From: Anthoceros angustus | Lineage: Eukaryota; Plantae; Anthocerotophyta | DNA: 64,000 nt | Direction: 5' to 3' | Assembly: GCA_010909165.1 (NCBI GenBank) | Contig: MU008192.1 | Span: forward strand, 372,001-436,000 | Part shown: piece by piece, positions 1-10,692 of the stretch | How positions within the stretch are numbered: position 1 is the stretch's first letter | Layout of the letters: every line of letters starts with the position of its first letter | Made by a program: the position numbers and the translations under genes | The notes under the pieces: model-generated | Told to the model about the DNA's origin: nothing | The model's database searches: none | The model's input: only the letters and a program-made list of their open reading frames with translations

Positions 1-343
1 GGTGTTGGAGATGGAGTCGCTGGTGACGCCCACCAGGACTACCAACATCTTGGATGTGTTCCTGAACCTTCCGGAAGCGGACGGGAGCACGCCCATCACC
101 ATCGCCGAGTACGCGGGAACGATGTACGAGATTCCCCACACTTCTGCTGCCGTTGCGAGCGACGGGAGCGTGGAGCGCAAGAATTGGCGCACCCAGAGCT
201 TCCGCCTCGCCATCTCCGGCGTGCTCGCCCAGATCGGGGTCTCGCCGGGTAGCCGAGACCCCGTCGTCGTCTCCATCGTTCCCAGAGGACCCGACAGGAT
301 GGAGACCAAGTTCGTCCAATCTGTTTCCATTCGCCTCGTCTGA
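1..343 (+). CDS. PPO: Polyphenol oxidase paralog, C-terminal (shielding/KFDV-type) domain; 5' part lies outside the window
   Basis: Translation DVFLNLPEADGSTPITIAEYAGTMYEIPHTSAA...FRLAISGVLAQIG aligns closely with the C-terminus of the PPO at 10693-12868 (DIFINLPEADSSTPITIAEYAGTFYEIPHTSAA...FRLAISGVLAQIG); ends in TGA at 343. Confidence 0.93.
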   Translation, partial: VLEMESLVTPTRTTNILDVFLNLPEADGSTPITIAEYAGTMYEIPHTSAAVASDGSVERKNWRTQSFRLAISGVLAQIGVSPGSRDPVVVSIVPRGPDRMETKFVQSVSIRLV

Positions 344-1133
344 TGCTGATTCTGATTTTGAATACCAGGTACTCTGCCAGCTAGGTCTTCAAACATCTCT
401 GAATGGCTTCCGGCATCTAACTCTTTTGGCAGATTGGAACCCGCGTGATTAGCTAGCTTTAGACTGTAAGTTGAGTGCGGGATGCACAGAGGGCGTAGCT
501 AATGTAAGAGAAACATCTAGCTGTGTACAGTATATGTGAGTAACATAATCAACATGTGGAAGATGTGAGGTACTTCAAACCTTCAATCAAATATTCAGTC
601 AAAGAACTTGACAATAAAATTCACAAAGCTGCCTGCTGGCAACGACAATGGCCTCAGCCTGGAACACAGGTAAGAGGCACCTCGAGGTGAACGCAAACTC
701 TTCCTGAAACAGTTGGAGCAGAGCACTCAAGAAAGTGCAGCATCATCTCTGGTGTTTGAGATGGACTTCTGACGGTCAAAGCAACCTCAAGACATTTGGT
801 ATCATCATACACAATGGTGCATAAAGGTAAGGCATTCCTGCTGGAAATACAAATATTGTACTGCAACAGGTACCCTGCTCTCTTAAGATACTGCACAGAA
901 GCAGAGGAGAATATTTACAGACTATCTGGGGCACTAGAATATCTGGGGCACTAGACTATCTGGGGCCTGCGCTTAGGAAAGCAAAGCCTACAGTCAGCGA
1001 CCAAAATCAGTACAACGGTATTGGTCAGAGCTGGAAGTCTGTAATTTAAAACTAGAACAGAACAAATAGTCAAGGGTCGTGGGGCAAAGCAAGGGAGCAG
1101 CAGCCGTTGTGCTATGGTTGCAATTGTGCTCAC

Positions 1134-2238
1134 CTGTATTCGGTCATCCAGTGATGCAAGAACACCTTGACTTCCATCATGACTAAATCTTTGCCCAGAC
1201 AGCTTCTAGGACCAGTCCAGAATGGCATGAATGTGTGACGCTTTGCGCGTTCCTAACATGCAACCAGCAGAGCATCCGGTTTGTAAAGTCTTGCCTGAAG
1301 TGGTTGAAAAAGTAACAACGGTTGGGGATGGATGGAACTCAAACGCAACAAGCTTACATCGAAACGCGAGGGCTTGAGGTCTTCTAGCTCAGGGTATAGC
1401 TGAGGGTTGTGATGTAAGTCGTGCCAATGTTCCAGACCTTGAAAATGTGCTATCCTGCACAGCATGATTTCAATCGTCCTAGTTAACATACATGAGACTT
1501 CCACCCTTAGTTGCCAGTACTGATAGAACAAGCAAGCTGCGAGGGGAGAAAAGCAGGCGAGTGGACCGTTGAATGTGAAGTCCTGCTTCACAGAACTGAG
1601 GTGCCAAAAAGCCAGAGATGCCACCCTGATCAGAGCGACTCTTCTATCGCCTATACAGCACCAATGGACTTGTTAATTCACCTTGCTGATGAACCTCAAC
1701 TCAGGGTAGAACAGCTAAGGGACAGGATCTCACTGCGGAAGTCGTTGTTGAGTTCTTCCATGTCAGCGGCTCTCCCTCTTGCTCTCTGCTTCTCATAGCC
1801 TGATGTTCAGCCTGCCAAACACGGAGGGCAGATTAGGTCTTGAACATCCACACAGGCAAGCTTGCATCTGAACTCAGTTGTCGCTGATGGTTCAGAAGGA
1901 CAGAAAACTGCATACGACGAGCTGCTGTTTGACATGAGGATGCTCGTGAATGAACTTTGCAACCAAAATGATGGAGTTTGTGAATGTCTCAAATGTTTAT
2001 GGCCAGCCAGGATCAAATGTGTCATTTGGCTCATTGTTTGCCCTACATCTGTCTACGTGTTTTCACATCCGCCGGCACTTCTTGAACGGGGCCAGCAGAT
2101 CCATGGACTCGCCAGAAGCGGCCACCCCAAGGTTCCCGGGAGTGGCTTGGCTCCCTTGGACGCGTGGATGCCAGATTGGCCATGCCAGCACCGGGACCAG
2201 CAATGCCACCGCCATCTCACTGCCAAACCCACCTCCAT
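1134..2238 (-). pseudogene. Cytochrome P450 pseudogene, CYP85-clan-like, with frameshifts and a large internal deletion
   Basis: Minus-strand motifs occur in order: KPLPGTLGWPLL(GES)MDLL (~2150-2095); I-helix HLILAGH/ET..IILVAKFIHEHPHV (~2025-1920); AEHQAMR..EGEPLTW (~1810-1755); ExxR as AIEESL[insertion]RVASLA..DFTFNG (~1650-1565); DLHHNPQLYPELEDLKPSRFD (~1420-1357); and the heme motif FMPFWTGPRSCLGKDLVMMEVKVFLHHWMTEYR (~1232-1134). Frameshifts lie inside the I-helix and ExxR. Confidence 0.85.
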
Positions 2239-2968
2239 TTTCCCCTGCTCACGCGCACTCCGATACTCTCTAGGAAATGCCTCGAGGGACCAGTGTGACT
2301 CGGGTTCAAATGCCGAGGTCCGCTATTCGGAATCAGAGATGCGGATGTCTGGACTCTGAACTCCACTCAAGAAATGCAATAGGAATTAGGTGATAACTAT
2401 TCTTAATTTAAGTCTTCCAACAGGACGGAGTGAGCTTAAGTATATTACCACCACGACTTAAGCGAATCTAATGAACGAATTTTTTGTAATTTAAATATAT
2501 AAATATTTTATTTTAATCTTTTTTATCATGCAAAGATTAAATTATCTTATACTTTAGATTCCTTTTATTGATAAAAACTTTACTTATATTCTAATACAAA
2601 AAATAATATTAATGATCAATAGGTTGTTCATCTTTTTAATTGTACGAGTTTATAAATGGTGATAACTTTTATTTTCTTATATGTTAGGTTCACATATAAA
2701 TTCACTTCTCTTGAAAAGTAATTAATTATATTCATATAAGTGTTGGATGTTATTGTGTTATAGAAACTTATATAGTTTCAAATTAAGATTAAATTTAATT
2801 TTGATTTGTACCATTAACTACTCTTCATCTTATATGATGGTTCAACATGCAATCTATCTAGACATAATATTCTTTTATACATATATGCAAGTTGTTTTGA
2901 TTTGAAAATTGTGAGACTTATATTGTTGGTTTTATGTATAGAAATAAAATATATATTGCATTAGAAAT

Positions 2969-3400
2969 ATGGAACGACTTGAAAGAGAATCCATCATCAT
3001 CATAATATGTATGGTATTTACATGCAAAAATCTTGTACTTGCGCAACGAGAAGCAAATGTGACGGAGGTTGTACCAGCAGTTTGTGGTCCTCAATTTCTT
3101 AACGACCCAGGAAGTTTTGACTTAAAGTCTCTTGAAATTTCTTTATCATATCTTGCCAGCGATGGATCCACCCAATTTCCCGATGGATTGCCATATTCTG
3201 AACACATAGAAAAGATCGGTTATACAGGGACTGTTACGTGTTTCGAGTCGGAGATAACTATGACATCTCAAGAACAATGTCTTGATTGTTTAATGTATCT
3301 TGCTAAAACCATTGTACAGAAATGTTACCGTGCTCGTTCAGGCACACTGCATGTTGTAGACTGTTATCTTGCTTATGCCTACAATTCTAGTACATTCTGA
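2969..3400 (+). CDS. Single-domain Gnk2-homologous (DUF26 / ginkbilobin-2-like) secreted cysteine-rich protein
   Basis: Intronless 143-aa ORF with a hydrophobic N-terminus (IIIIICMVFTC...VLA). Cys pattern VC...TC-x12-C-x2-C...KC..ARSG...DCYLAY resembles the Gnk2 fold (canonical C-x8-C-x2-C). Confidence 0.72.
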   Translation: MERLERESIIIIICMVFTCKNLVLAQREANVTEVVPAVCGPQFLNDPGSFDLKSLEISLSYLASDGSTQFPDGLPYSEHIEKIGYTGTVTCFESEITMTSQEQCLDCLMYLAKTIVQKCYRARSGTLHVVDCYLAYAYNSSTF

Positions 3401-4035
3401 TTTTGTTGATGGCTATGGCTGTGGTTTATCGCTATCTTGCTAATAGCTTTGACCAAGATAACTATGAGATCTAAACAACATATGTCTTGCATGGCCTTAT
3501 GTTAGCTGTAGGTTTCTGAAAACCTTACACTTGTCGTTCACCCTATATGTCATATGCTCAGAAGCTCCTATATGACAGAAGTCAGTCGTCACCAATATTT
3601 CTGCATGCATGTCAGCACTGGTGGAGAGACTCCTAAATCTCTCATTTTTCAGCTGAGAAGCTTTTACAAGGTGACTCCTAAGTCTCTCATTTTTCAGTGG
3701 AGAAGCTTCTATAAGGCTTGAGTCAGCCGTCACCCAAATCTCCACATGCGTGCCAACACTGGTGGAGCTCTCCTAAATCTCTCATCTTTCTCATCTTTCA
3801 ACATGTAAAATATGATCTTGCAACAAGCTGGCCTGCACTCACTACTTCTTGCTAAGAGTATATAATTTTCTTATTGGGAAGCTCGTTGTGTAAATTACAT
3901 AACTCTGCCTCTAACTATATCTACCTAGTAATAGAGAAGTTCATTATGTAAATTACATAACTTAAAATTATTACAAGCCACAAACCTAACCTATTGTGTA
4001 TGTTGTGTACATTACATGAAGTTATCAAATTTACA

Positions 4036-4174
4036 TGTGTAATCTTACAATTTGATGTAATATAAGTGTGATAAACAAGTACCCTTGGGGGCCCTTATGA
4101 AGGTTGTGTAATCTTACAATTTGGTGTAATATAAGTGTGATAAGCAAGTGACCTTGCGGGCCCTTATGAAGGTT
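4036..4174. repeat. 69-bp direct tandem duplication (2 copies)
   Basis: tgtgtaatcttacaattt...gggcccttatgaaggt begins at 4036 and again at 4105. Confidence 0.85.
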
Positions 4175-4318
4175 ATCAGAATTATACCGTAGTGATAATG
4201 TAAGATACACAACAAATCGAACATAAAGCAATCGAACGTAAAGCCTTGTGCTGACCTTTCTCCAGCTTGTGGGAGGAAAAAGTTCTCCAGGCATCTTACT
4301 TTGACATGGAGACCAATA

Positions 4319-4446
4319 GCTGGAGAACGTTCAAATAAACATTGGCCACGCCTTCAGTGATGTCCTTGTGTGTGTCACCATGGCTGGAGAACGTTCAAAT
4401 AAACATTGGCCACGCCTTCAGTGATGTCCTTGTGTGTGTCACCATG
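4319..4446. repeat. 64-bp near-perfect tandem duplication (2 copies)
   Basis: gctggagaacgttcaaataaacattggccacgccttcagtgatgtccttgtgtgtgtcaccatg begins at 4319 and at 4383. Confidence 0.9.
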
Positions 4447-4722
4447 CCAACCTGCAGCATCAGTCAACAACCAGTGTGTACTTGGATTGCCACGGAACGA
4501 TGGTTGGTGCCTTTTTGGTAAACCACCGTGGTCACGGTACGACAGAAGTGACTCTCCTCACCCCTTTGCTCCAGAGCACCTGCCACTCTAGTGCATGACC
4601 TTCCACATGGTACATGGATGGTATTTTAATGATCCGTTGAAGAGAGATTCAGAGATGGTCAAGTATGCTTCCTCGTACTGGAAGTCCAGTCCAGTTTTTG
4701 CAACAAACAGCTGTGCTACATC

Positions 4723-6159
4723 TCATTGTCCTCTGGCGTCTCCTCGAGCGCTTGGTTTGGTGGCAGCTAGGAAGATGGATATCCTACTGGTGAGCACAAA
4801 CCCAGCTACTCCTGCTGCCACGAGGGAGTACTGCGGAGTGACAGCATCTCCGGGACTCCACACCATCCTTGCTAGTACCAGAGTGACCATGGCAACCAGA
4901 GTCAACCGGGTCAGAGGAGATGAAAGGACATTGGTGACTAGGAAGGAGGTCTTGCTGGTTGCCGAGTCTGAAGATGCTGCCATGTGATCAACCACCTTCT
5001 GTAACAAGAGGAGGTGTAGAATTGCCCCCGCTCCTCCAATAGCGAAACTCTCAGCTACTGGCATCGACTCCACAGAAACAAGCGAAACAGTCCCTAAAGC
5101 TACTAGGAGTGCAGAGGTGCCTAGCAGGGAAGTTTTGAGAGCTTTATACTCCTCCATGCCTGCCTCTCGAGCAGCTACAGAGAACTCTTGACCCTGAGCA
5201 AACTTTTCACTGTGAGGCCAGAGTGCTTTCAGCCCAAGACCATCCTCGAAACCACGTACCGAATAAGGTGCTAACTCCACTGCGGTGGTGTCGCCAAGCA
5301 GGCAATCCTTGTTCTCCGCAAACATGTGCACCACACCTGTTAGGGTTTCTCCATCAGAAAGTGAGGAGACTGCCAACGGAAACCCGAGCCTGTGGATTGT
5401 CTGCGAGTTGGATTGGTCATGAGGAATCACCGCCACAACTGCCCGCTCCATCCTCCACGTCCCTGCTCAGTCATGAAACACCATGGCCAACATGAGACAA
5501 GCTCAAGCGGTAACATGACAGGGACGGGGATTAGAGACGAAAATGGCACCTGCTTCTGGTGCGATCCATATTGCACTCAGCCGCCCCAGATCCGCTCCAT
5601 GCAGCTTGATCACGTCCTGAGATCCCGTCTGGAAGAAACCGCTGTCTTTTCCAGAACAGGGGCACGGTACTCTTCGCAATAGAGCTTTGCCATTTTCTCC
5701 AATTAAGGAGATGATGACACCGGCATCAGGCTCCGACAGGCCAGATCCGTTATCCTTGCTGGTGATCAACTGAACAAGGTATAAAGCTCCAGATTCGGGG
5801 GCATCTTGCACCGGCTGAAAACCATCAGCGCGATCTCGGAAGCCGACATCATCTCCGTTGCTTGGCAAAAGCCACAAGGGTTCAACGAACCGCTTCTGCA
5901 AGCCATGCGTCATGCACAACCTTGGCCGAGGTCAGTAGCTGCTTGCTAGGTCCCAAGTGCTGATCATGATGCGCTTGTGAATCCAATTAGCTACCTTGGA
6001 CAAACATAGGACAGGCCCTCTTTGCAAATGCCTGGACAGCCACACTCTGCATCGCTCGGCTCCCTGTTCTTCCAGCCCCGTCACTCGCGGCGGGAAAGCC
6101 ACTCGAATCCTAGAGACAGCTTCTACATGCAACCCGCGGCAGCTCAGCAGGGAATCCAT
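4723..6159 (-). CDS. Conserved uncharacterised plant protein: putative transit peptide, PLAT/LH2-like domain and C-terminal membrane helices (~416 aa, 3 exons)
   Basis: Exons 6159-5995, 5895-5550 and 5462-4723 join in frame at GT-AG junctions (...APEAG|TWRMERAVV). PLAT-like segment YLVQLITSKDNGSGLSEPDAGVIISLIGENG...FQTGSQD...LGRLSAIWIAPE; hydrophobic C-terminal stretches. Confidence 0.82.
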
Positions 6160-6419
6160 TTTCAGGGTCTCGTTATCTGTCACAACAGTATGTGAGTGAC
6201 ACCGTCACACGGTGGCGAAACGAAACGTCGAAGTGAAAATGCGTTTTCGCAGCAGTCTAGGCAAACACCTCATAGGTACCTCAGGACCCTAACGCACTGT
6301 GATTCGCGATGTGGCAAGGCCGGATCATCATGCCAAGGCTTGCATGGGCACTTGCAGCAGCGAAAAAACTGCTGAGGTATGGCAGCTGGAGGCACCAAAT
6401 TTCATGGGCAAGATGTCAA

Positions 6420-6565
6420 GCTTTCAATGTGCCACATTTTGCATACATATATGTCCACCACGCGAGGTGCCCACCACTATCCACGAGTCCTCTTTCAACA
6501 GTTTCAGAGTGCATCTGCCTGCCCTTCCGTAAGGCACCCGTGCTTGCCCAGGCCCGCAAAAGGCA
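6420..6565 (-). pseudogene. PLS-class PPR gene fragment
   Basis: Minus strand reads LLRAWASTGALRKGRQMHSE..ERGL..., then VDI/MYAKCG, matching L/S PPR motifs also seen at 59.1-59.3 kb; frameshifted. Confidence 0.65.
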
Positions 6566-6640
6566 AGCAAAAGTACCACCAGCCCCGCCTGCAAAAGTAC
6601 CTCAACCCTGCCCCACCCTAAACCCTAAGAGACAGATCAT

Positions 6641-7330
6641 ACACCTAGTACTGGGTCTGGCAGAAGGAAGAGGGAACGAGAACATCTTGCTCTTCCTCCA
6701 AGTAGTTGCGATGGCAAGATATTGAAAACACCTGGTACTATGTCTGGCAAAAGGACGAGAATGAGAACATCTTGCTCTTCCTCCAATTAGTTACGACGGC
6801 AAGATATTCAAAACACCTAGTTCTGGGTCTGGCAAAAGGAAGAGAATGAGAACGTCTTGCTCTTCCTCCAATTAGTTACGACGGTAAGATAATCAAAACA
6901 CCAAGCACCGGGTCTGGCACAAGGAAGAGAGTGAGAACATCTTGCTCTTCCTCCAAGTAGTTACGACGGCAAGATATTCAAAACACCTAGTACTGAGTCT
7001 GGCAAAAGAAAGAGAGAATGAGAACATCTTGCTCTTCCTCCAAGTAGTTACAACAGCAAGATATTCAAAACACCTAGAATTGGGTCTGGCAAAAGGAAGA
7101 GAGAATGAGAAGATCCTTGCTCTTCCTCCAAGTACTTACGACAACAAGACATTCAAATTGCCTAGTACCGGTCCGGCAGAAGGAAAAGAGAATGAGAACA
7201 TCTTGCTCTTCCTCCAAGTAGTTAAGACAACAAGATATTCAAATTGCCTAGTACCGGTCCGGCAAAAGGAAAAGAGAATGAGAACATCGTGCTCTTCCTC
7301 CAAGTAGTTAGGACAACAAGATATTTAAAT
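6641..7330. repeat. Minisatellite, 8 copies of an 85-88-bp unit
   Basis: Unit acacctagtactgggtctggca(g/a)aaggaagag..gagaacatcttgctcttcctccaagtagtt..ggcaagatatt starts at about 6641, 6728, 6813, 6898, 6983, 7070, 7158 and 7244. Confidence 0.93.
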
Positions 7331-8371
7331 CTTGCTATTCATTTTGTGGAAGTCTATGCCTAATCAGCCATAATATTTCTGATGGTGGCTTTTGTGACAT
7401 GCACATCGACAACATTTCTACTTGATTATGTTCAACCGGTAATAGATGCAGTGGATTGTGTTTTTGTTGATAGTGATAAAGGTGAATTACTCTGAAGGAT
7501 TGTTTTAGGAACATTATTCACAGTTTTTAGATAGGTAGCTATTGGTGGAGCTAATAATTTGGAAGATCTATGCCTTAGGAAATGTGACGCTTCTTCTCCA
7601 CAAAAATTGGTGCAAGAGAACATTGATGAAGATGAAGTAGGTCCAAAGAAAGCATGAAGTTCCCTACAAAAGGATAAGAGTTTCCGGAGCTTTTAGTTGA
7701 AACATGAACATGATCATAGTTTTTCTCTTCTTTGACAGAGTATCGATCTTGTGGCTTACGTGTGGGATAAAGTTTTGATAGCGAAGCAAAACCAAATGCA
7801 CACAACTTCCCCAATAGGATCATATTCTTTCCTTGAAGAATTCTTGTCCAAACAGTATCCAAGTCCAGTCTACCTGGAGCTGTGTAGCAAAGTGGTATTG
7901 TGAATGTGCACGCTAGTAAAAACAAACTTGTCATATCTTAAATTTAGTTCCAACTATATGGGCAACTGCTTTTCTGGTTCTGCAGGGCTGGTGGAAGTAG
8001 ATCAAAATGGCAAAGTTTAGAGTCTTCTTCTTCGTCTTCAATTTTGGTTAGTGACAACAACTGTGTACGTACCTACCTAATGTGTTAGCAGCCAGCGTAC
8101 AGTAAAGTCGTCCATGCGCCCTTCAAGTGGTGTTCCCAAAGAAGGCAAAGCGGTATTATTTGAGAGAGACGGAGGAGGAGTGCGTGGCCGCGTTTCGGCC
8201 TGGAGAAACGGCCCCTTTCGCAACGAGGCCGGCCAATCATCCACGCCTCGATTTCACGCCTGTTTAATCTCTCTCCTCGGTCCTTTTAAACCCCTCAATG
8301 CGGCGAATTTGAACGGAATCTCGGTAGCTGGGCTGGTCTACCAGGCTGCGCAAGGTGGTACTCGGAGGAAC

Positions 8372-9578
8372 ATGGCGGCCATAGCCAGGGAAGCCATGGG
8401 CAAGTGCACGGTGCTCGCATTGCTGCTGCTCTCCATCCTCTGCCCAAGCTCCGCCTCCAGAGGCCTGCCCACCACCGACGTGAAGGGCAACCCGCTGCAG
8501 ATCGCCCTGCCCACTGAGCGGCCCCAAGGCGAGCTGAAGGCGGCGGGATGCAACATCCCGGACCCGCTCTTCGACCCCGTGTTCGAGGTCATCGATGGCC
8601 GGGACGTGATCTGGCAGACCACCCCGGGGGCCAAGGCCGTGCTGGTCATGATCCACGCCCGCGGCGGTGACCCCTACCGCTACTTCGACCAGACGCCCAA
8701 GTGCCAGGTCTGCACTGGGCTGCCGGAAGACAGGCTCAACATCCTCGAGGGAATCCAGCGCGGCTACGGCAATGTGATCGCCATCCGAAGTGCGGGCTAC
8801 GAGTACGATGTGAGTGTTGAGGTTTTGCGTTTATCCCATATTGCTCCTGCAGTCTGTGTTGCCGTTCCCGGCCTGACCTAATCTGCATTTTCAGATGTGG
8901 CCTCCGGAGGAATCCACCGACCTGAGTGCTTATCTCAACATTCTGGAGATATGGCGGAACCGGGAGGGCATCGCTCACCTTCCGATTGTCTCGCTGGGAG
9001 TGTCCAATGGCGGCAACTTCTCCACCGTGCTGGCGCTGTACTACCATCTGGACGCGATCGGCCTTATCGTCGCCCCAGGCAGGCCCGAGGCTCTGGACCT
9101 GGCCAACAACCTCTTCCCGCCGACGCTCTTCGTATACATGGCCAAGGACGAGCTGGTGCCCTACATTCTGCACGGCATTTCGCAGGTGGAGAAGCTGGGG
9201 GTGGACCATGACACCATCGTCTGCGGTGACATCCAGCTCTACCCGCTCATCTTCATCGAGCGCATCCCGTGCTTTAGCCCGGAGCTGTCCATTGCGGTTT
9301 ACAACTCCCTCAGGGCCAGCGGCTGGATCAATGCCGAGGGCTACCTCACCGACAACCCTCGTCTGAATGAGGAGTGGGTGGAGGTGCTCCGGAGGGACAA
9401 GGTGCTCGACGAGTGTGCCGACAACCTGTGCTGGAAGACGGAGATTGCAGAGGAGCTCAATGTGGCCTATGGCGTACATGCCGTCACTAGCCTGAAGAAG
9501 GCTGAAATCTTCGACTGGTACGACCATGTGCTGTTCGGGGCCCCCTACGCCTACAAGCATGAGACACCTCAGCTGTGA
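8372..9578 (+). CDS. Secreted alpha/beta-hydrolase-fold protein (uncharacterised plant family), 2 exons, ~373 aa
   Basis: Exons 8372-8809 and 8895-9578, with a phase-0 intron gtgagt...ttttcag. Signal peptide VLALLLLSILCPSSAS, C-x2-C in CQVCTGLPE, nucleophile elbow GVSNG, candidate Asp (MAKD) and His (AYGVHA). Confidence 0.85.
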
Positions 9579-10692
9579 GCAGGTTCAGAACCAATTTTGG
9601 TCCTTGTAGATACTACCTCCGAGATCGATCATCTCACTGGGAGAGCTGTAGGTTTCCAAGAGTGAAGCAATTTTCTGTGTGTTCTGATCGTGAATGCTGG
9701 AGGTGTAATGTAATGTATTGCCACCAGCCTTTTCGTGTACTCTCTTGTCCATCTGTCCTTTTCGGATTCCGGGTGATTTTTCATTGCAAAACATTCATGA
9801 GAAAACATGAAATTGTTCCTGGAGACATTCTTACTGGATCGAACTCAGGCCTTATCCTAATGTACAGCATATGGAGAATGTCGTCAACACCTTCTTCTTC
9901 TCAATTGACAATGTGAGCATCAGCGACGATATCATATCGGTACTTTCTCGTTGGCGCATACTGTTGTCTATCTTACATTGCACTCCTGAATTCAGCACAG
10001 CTTCTTCTGCATCTCTCTTGCCTTGGCTCTGTTTCCACCTTGCATCCTGTGATGAACTTCGTCCATCCTACAAAATCTCAGAGCTGAAACTTGCCAGGTA
10101 ATGCAAAAATTCAGTCATCGGACAGGGCTAGTTTTCCTTCAGCGTCTTGGTGGCTGCTGCAGACTACTTGCAACATGAACCTGTGAATATGACAAATGGA
10201 TGCCTCAACTGCTAGTGGCCCTGCTTCCATATTCCAGACAGGTAACGCTTCTTTTATGTCCGGCCGTTGGAAAGAAACGTTGTTTTCAGTGTTTCACAGA
10301 ACAGGATGTCGGCCTGGTCAGGGCCTGTCAGGTGTACGATACGATCGAACAACATGGTTGGTAAGAATTGGAGTCTGTGCGCACTCCCGGAGGCGGAACT
10401 CGCGGATGCTCCTCCATTTCGGTGCATTATTTGAGAGAGAGAGGGAGGAGAAAGCGTGGCGGAGTGTGGGCCTAGTCTAGTGGCCCGGTGTACAGGTGTG
10501 CAATAGTGCGTTACTGGACGTCAATAAAACATGGTCCTCTTGCCTTCTGCATTCTGCAGCACTGTGTGACTTTTTCCTGGCAGAGCCAGCGGCCGGGCGG
10601 CCTCGAATCCGACCCTGCCCGCCGGGGACTGTGCGCTTCTGCTGGGATCTGAGCCTTGTCTTGAGCCCAATGTGCGAGCAGGGGGGGAGGGA

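Noticed and set aside
919-966. Short ~19-bp triplication (ctatctggggcactaga)
   Set aside because: A local slippage duplication in the 3' region of the P450 pseudogene, with no evidence of function.
7340-7940. 119-aa minus-strand ORF with a hydrophobic start (7575-7934)
   Set aside because: No recognisable family or supporting structure; it may be decayed TE sequence.
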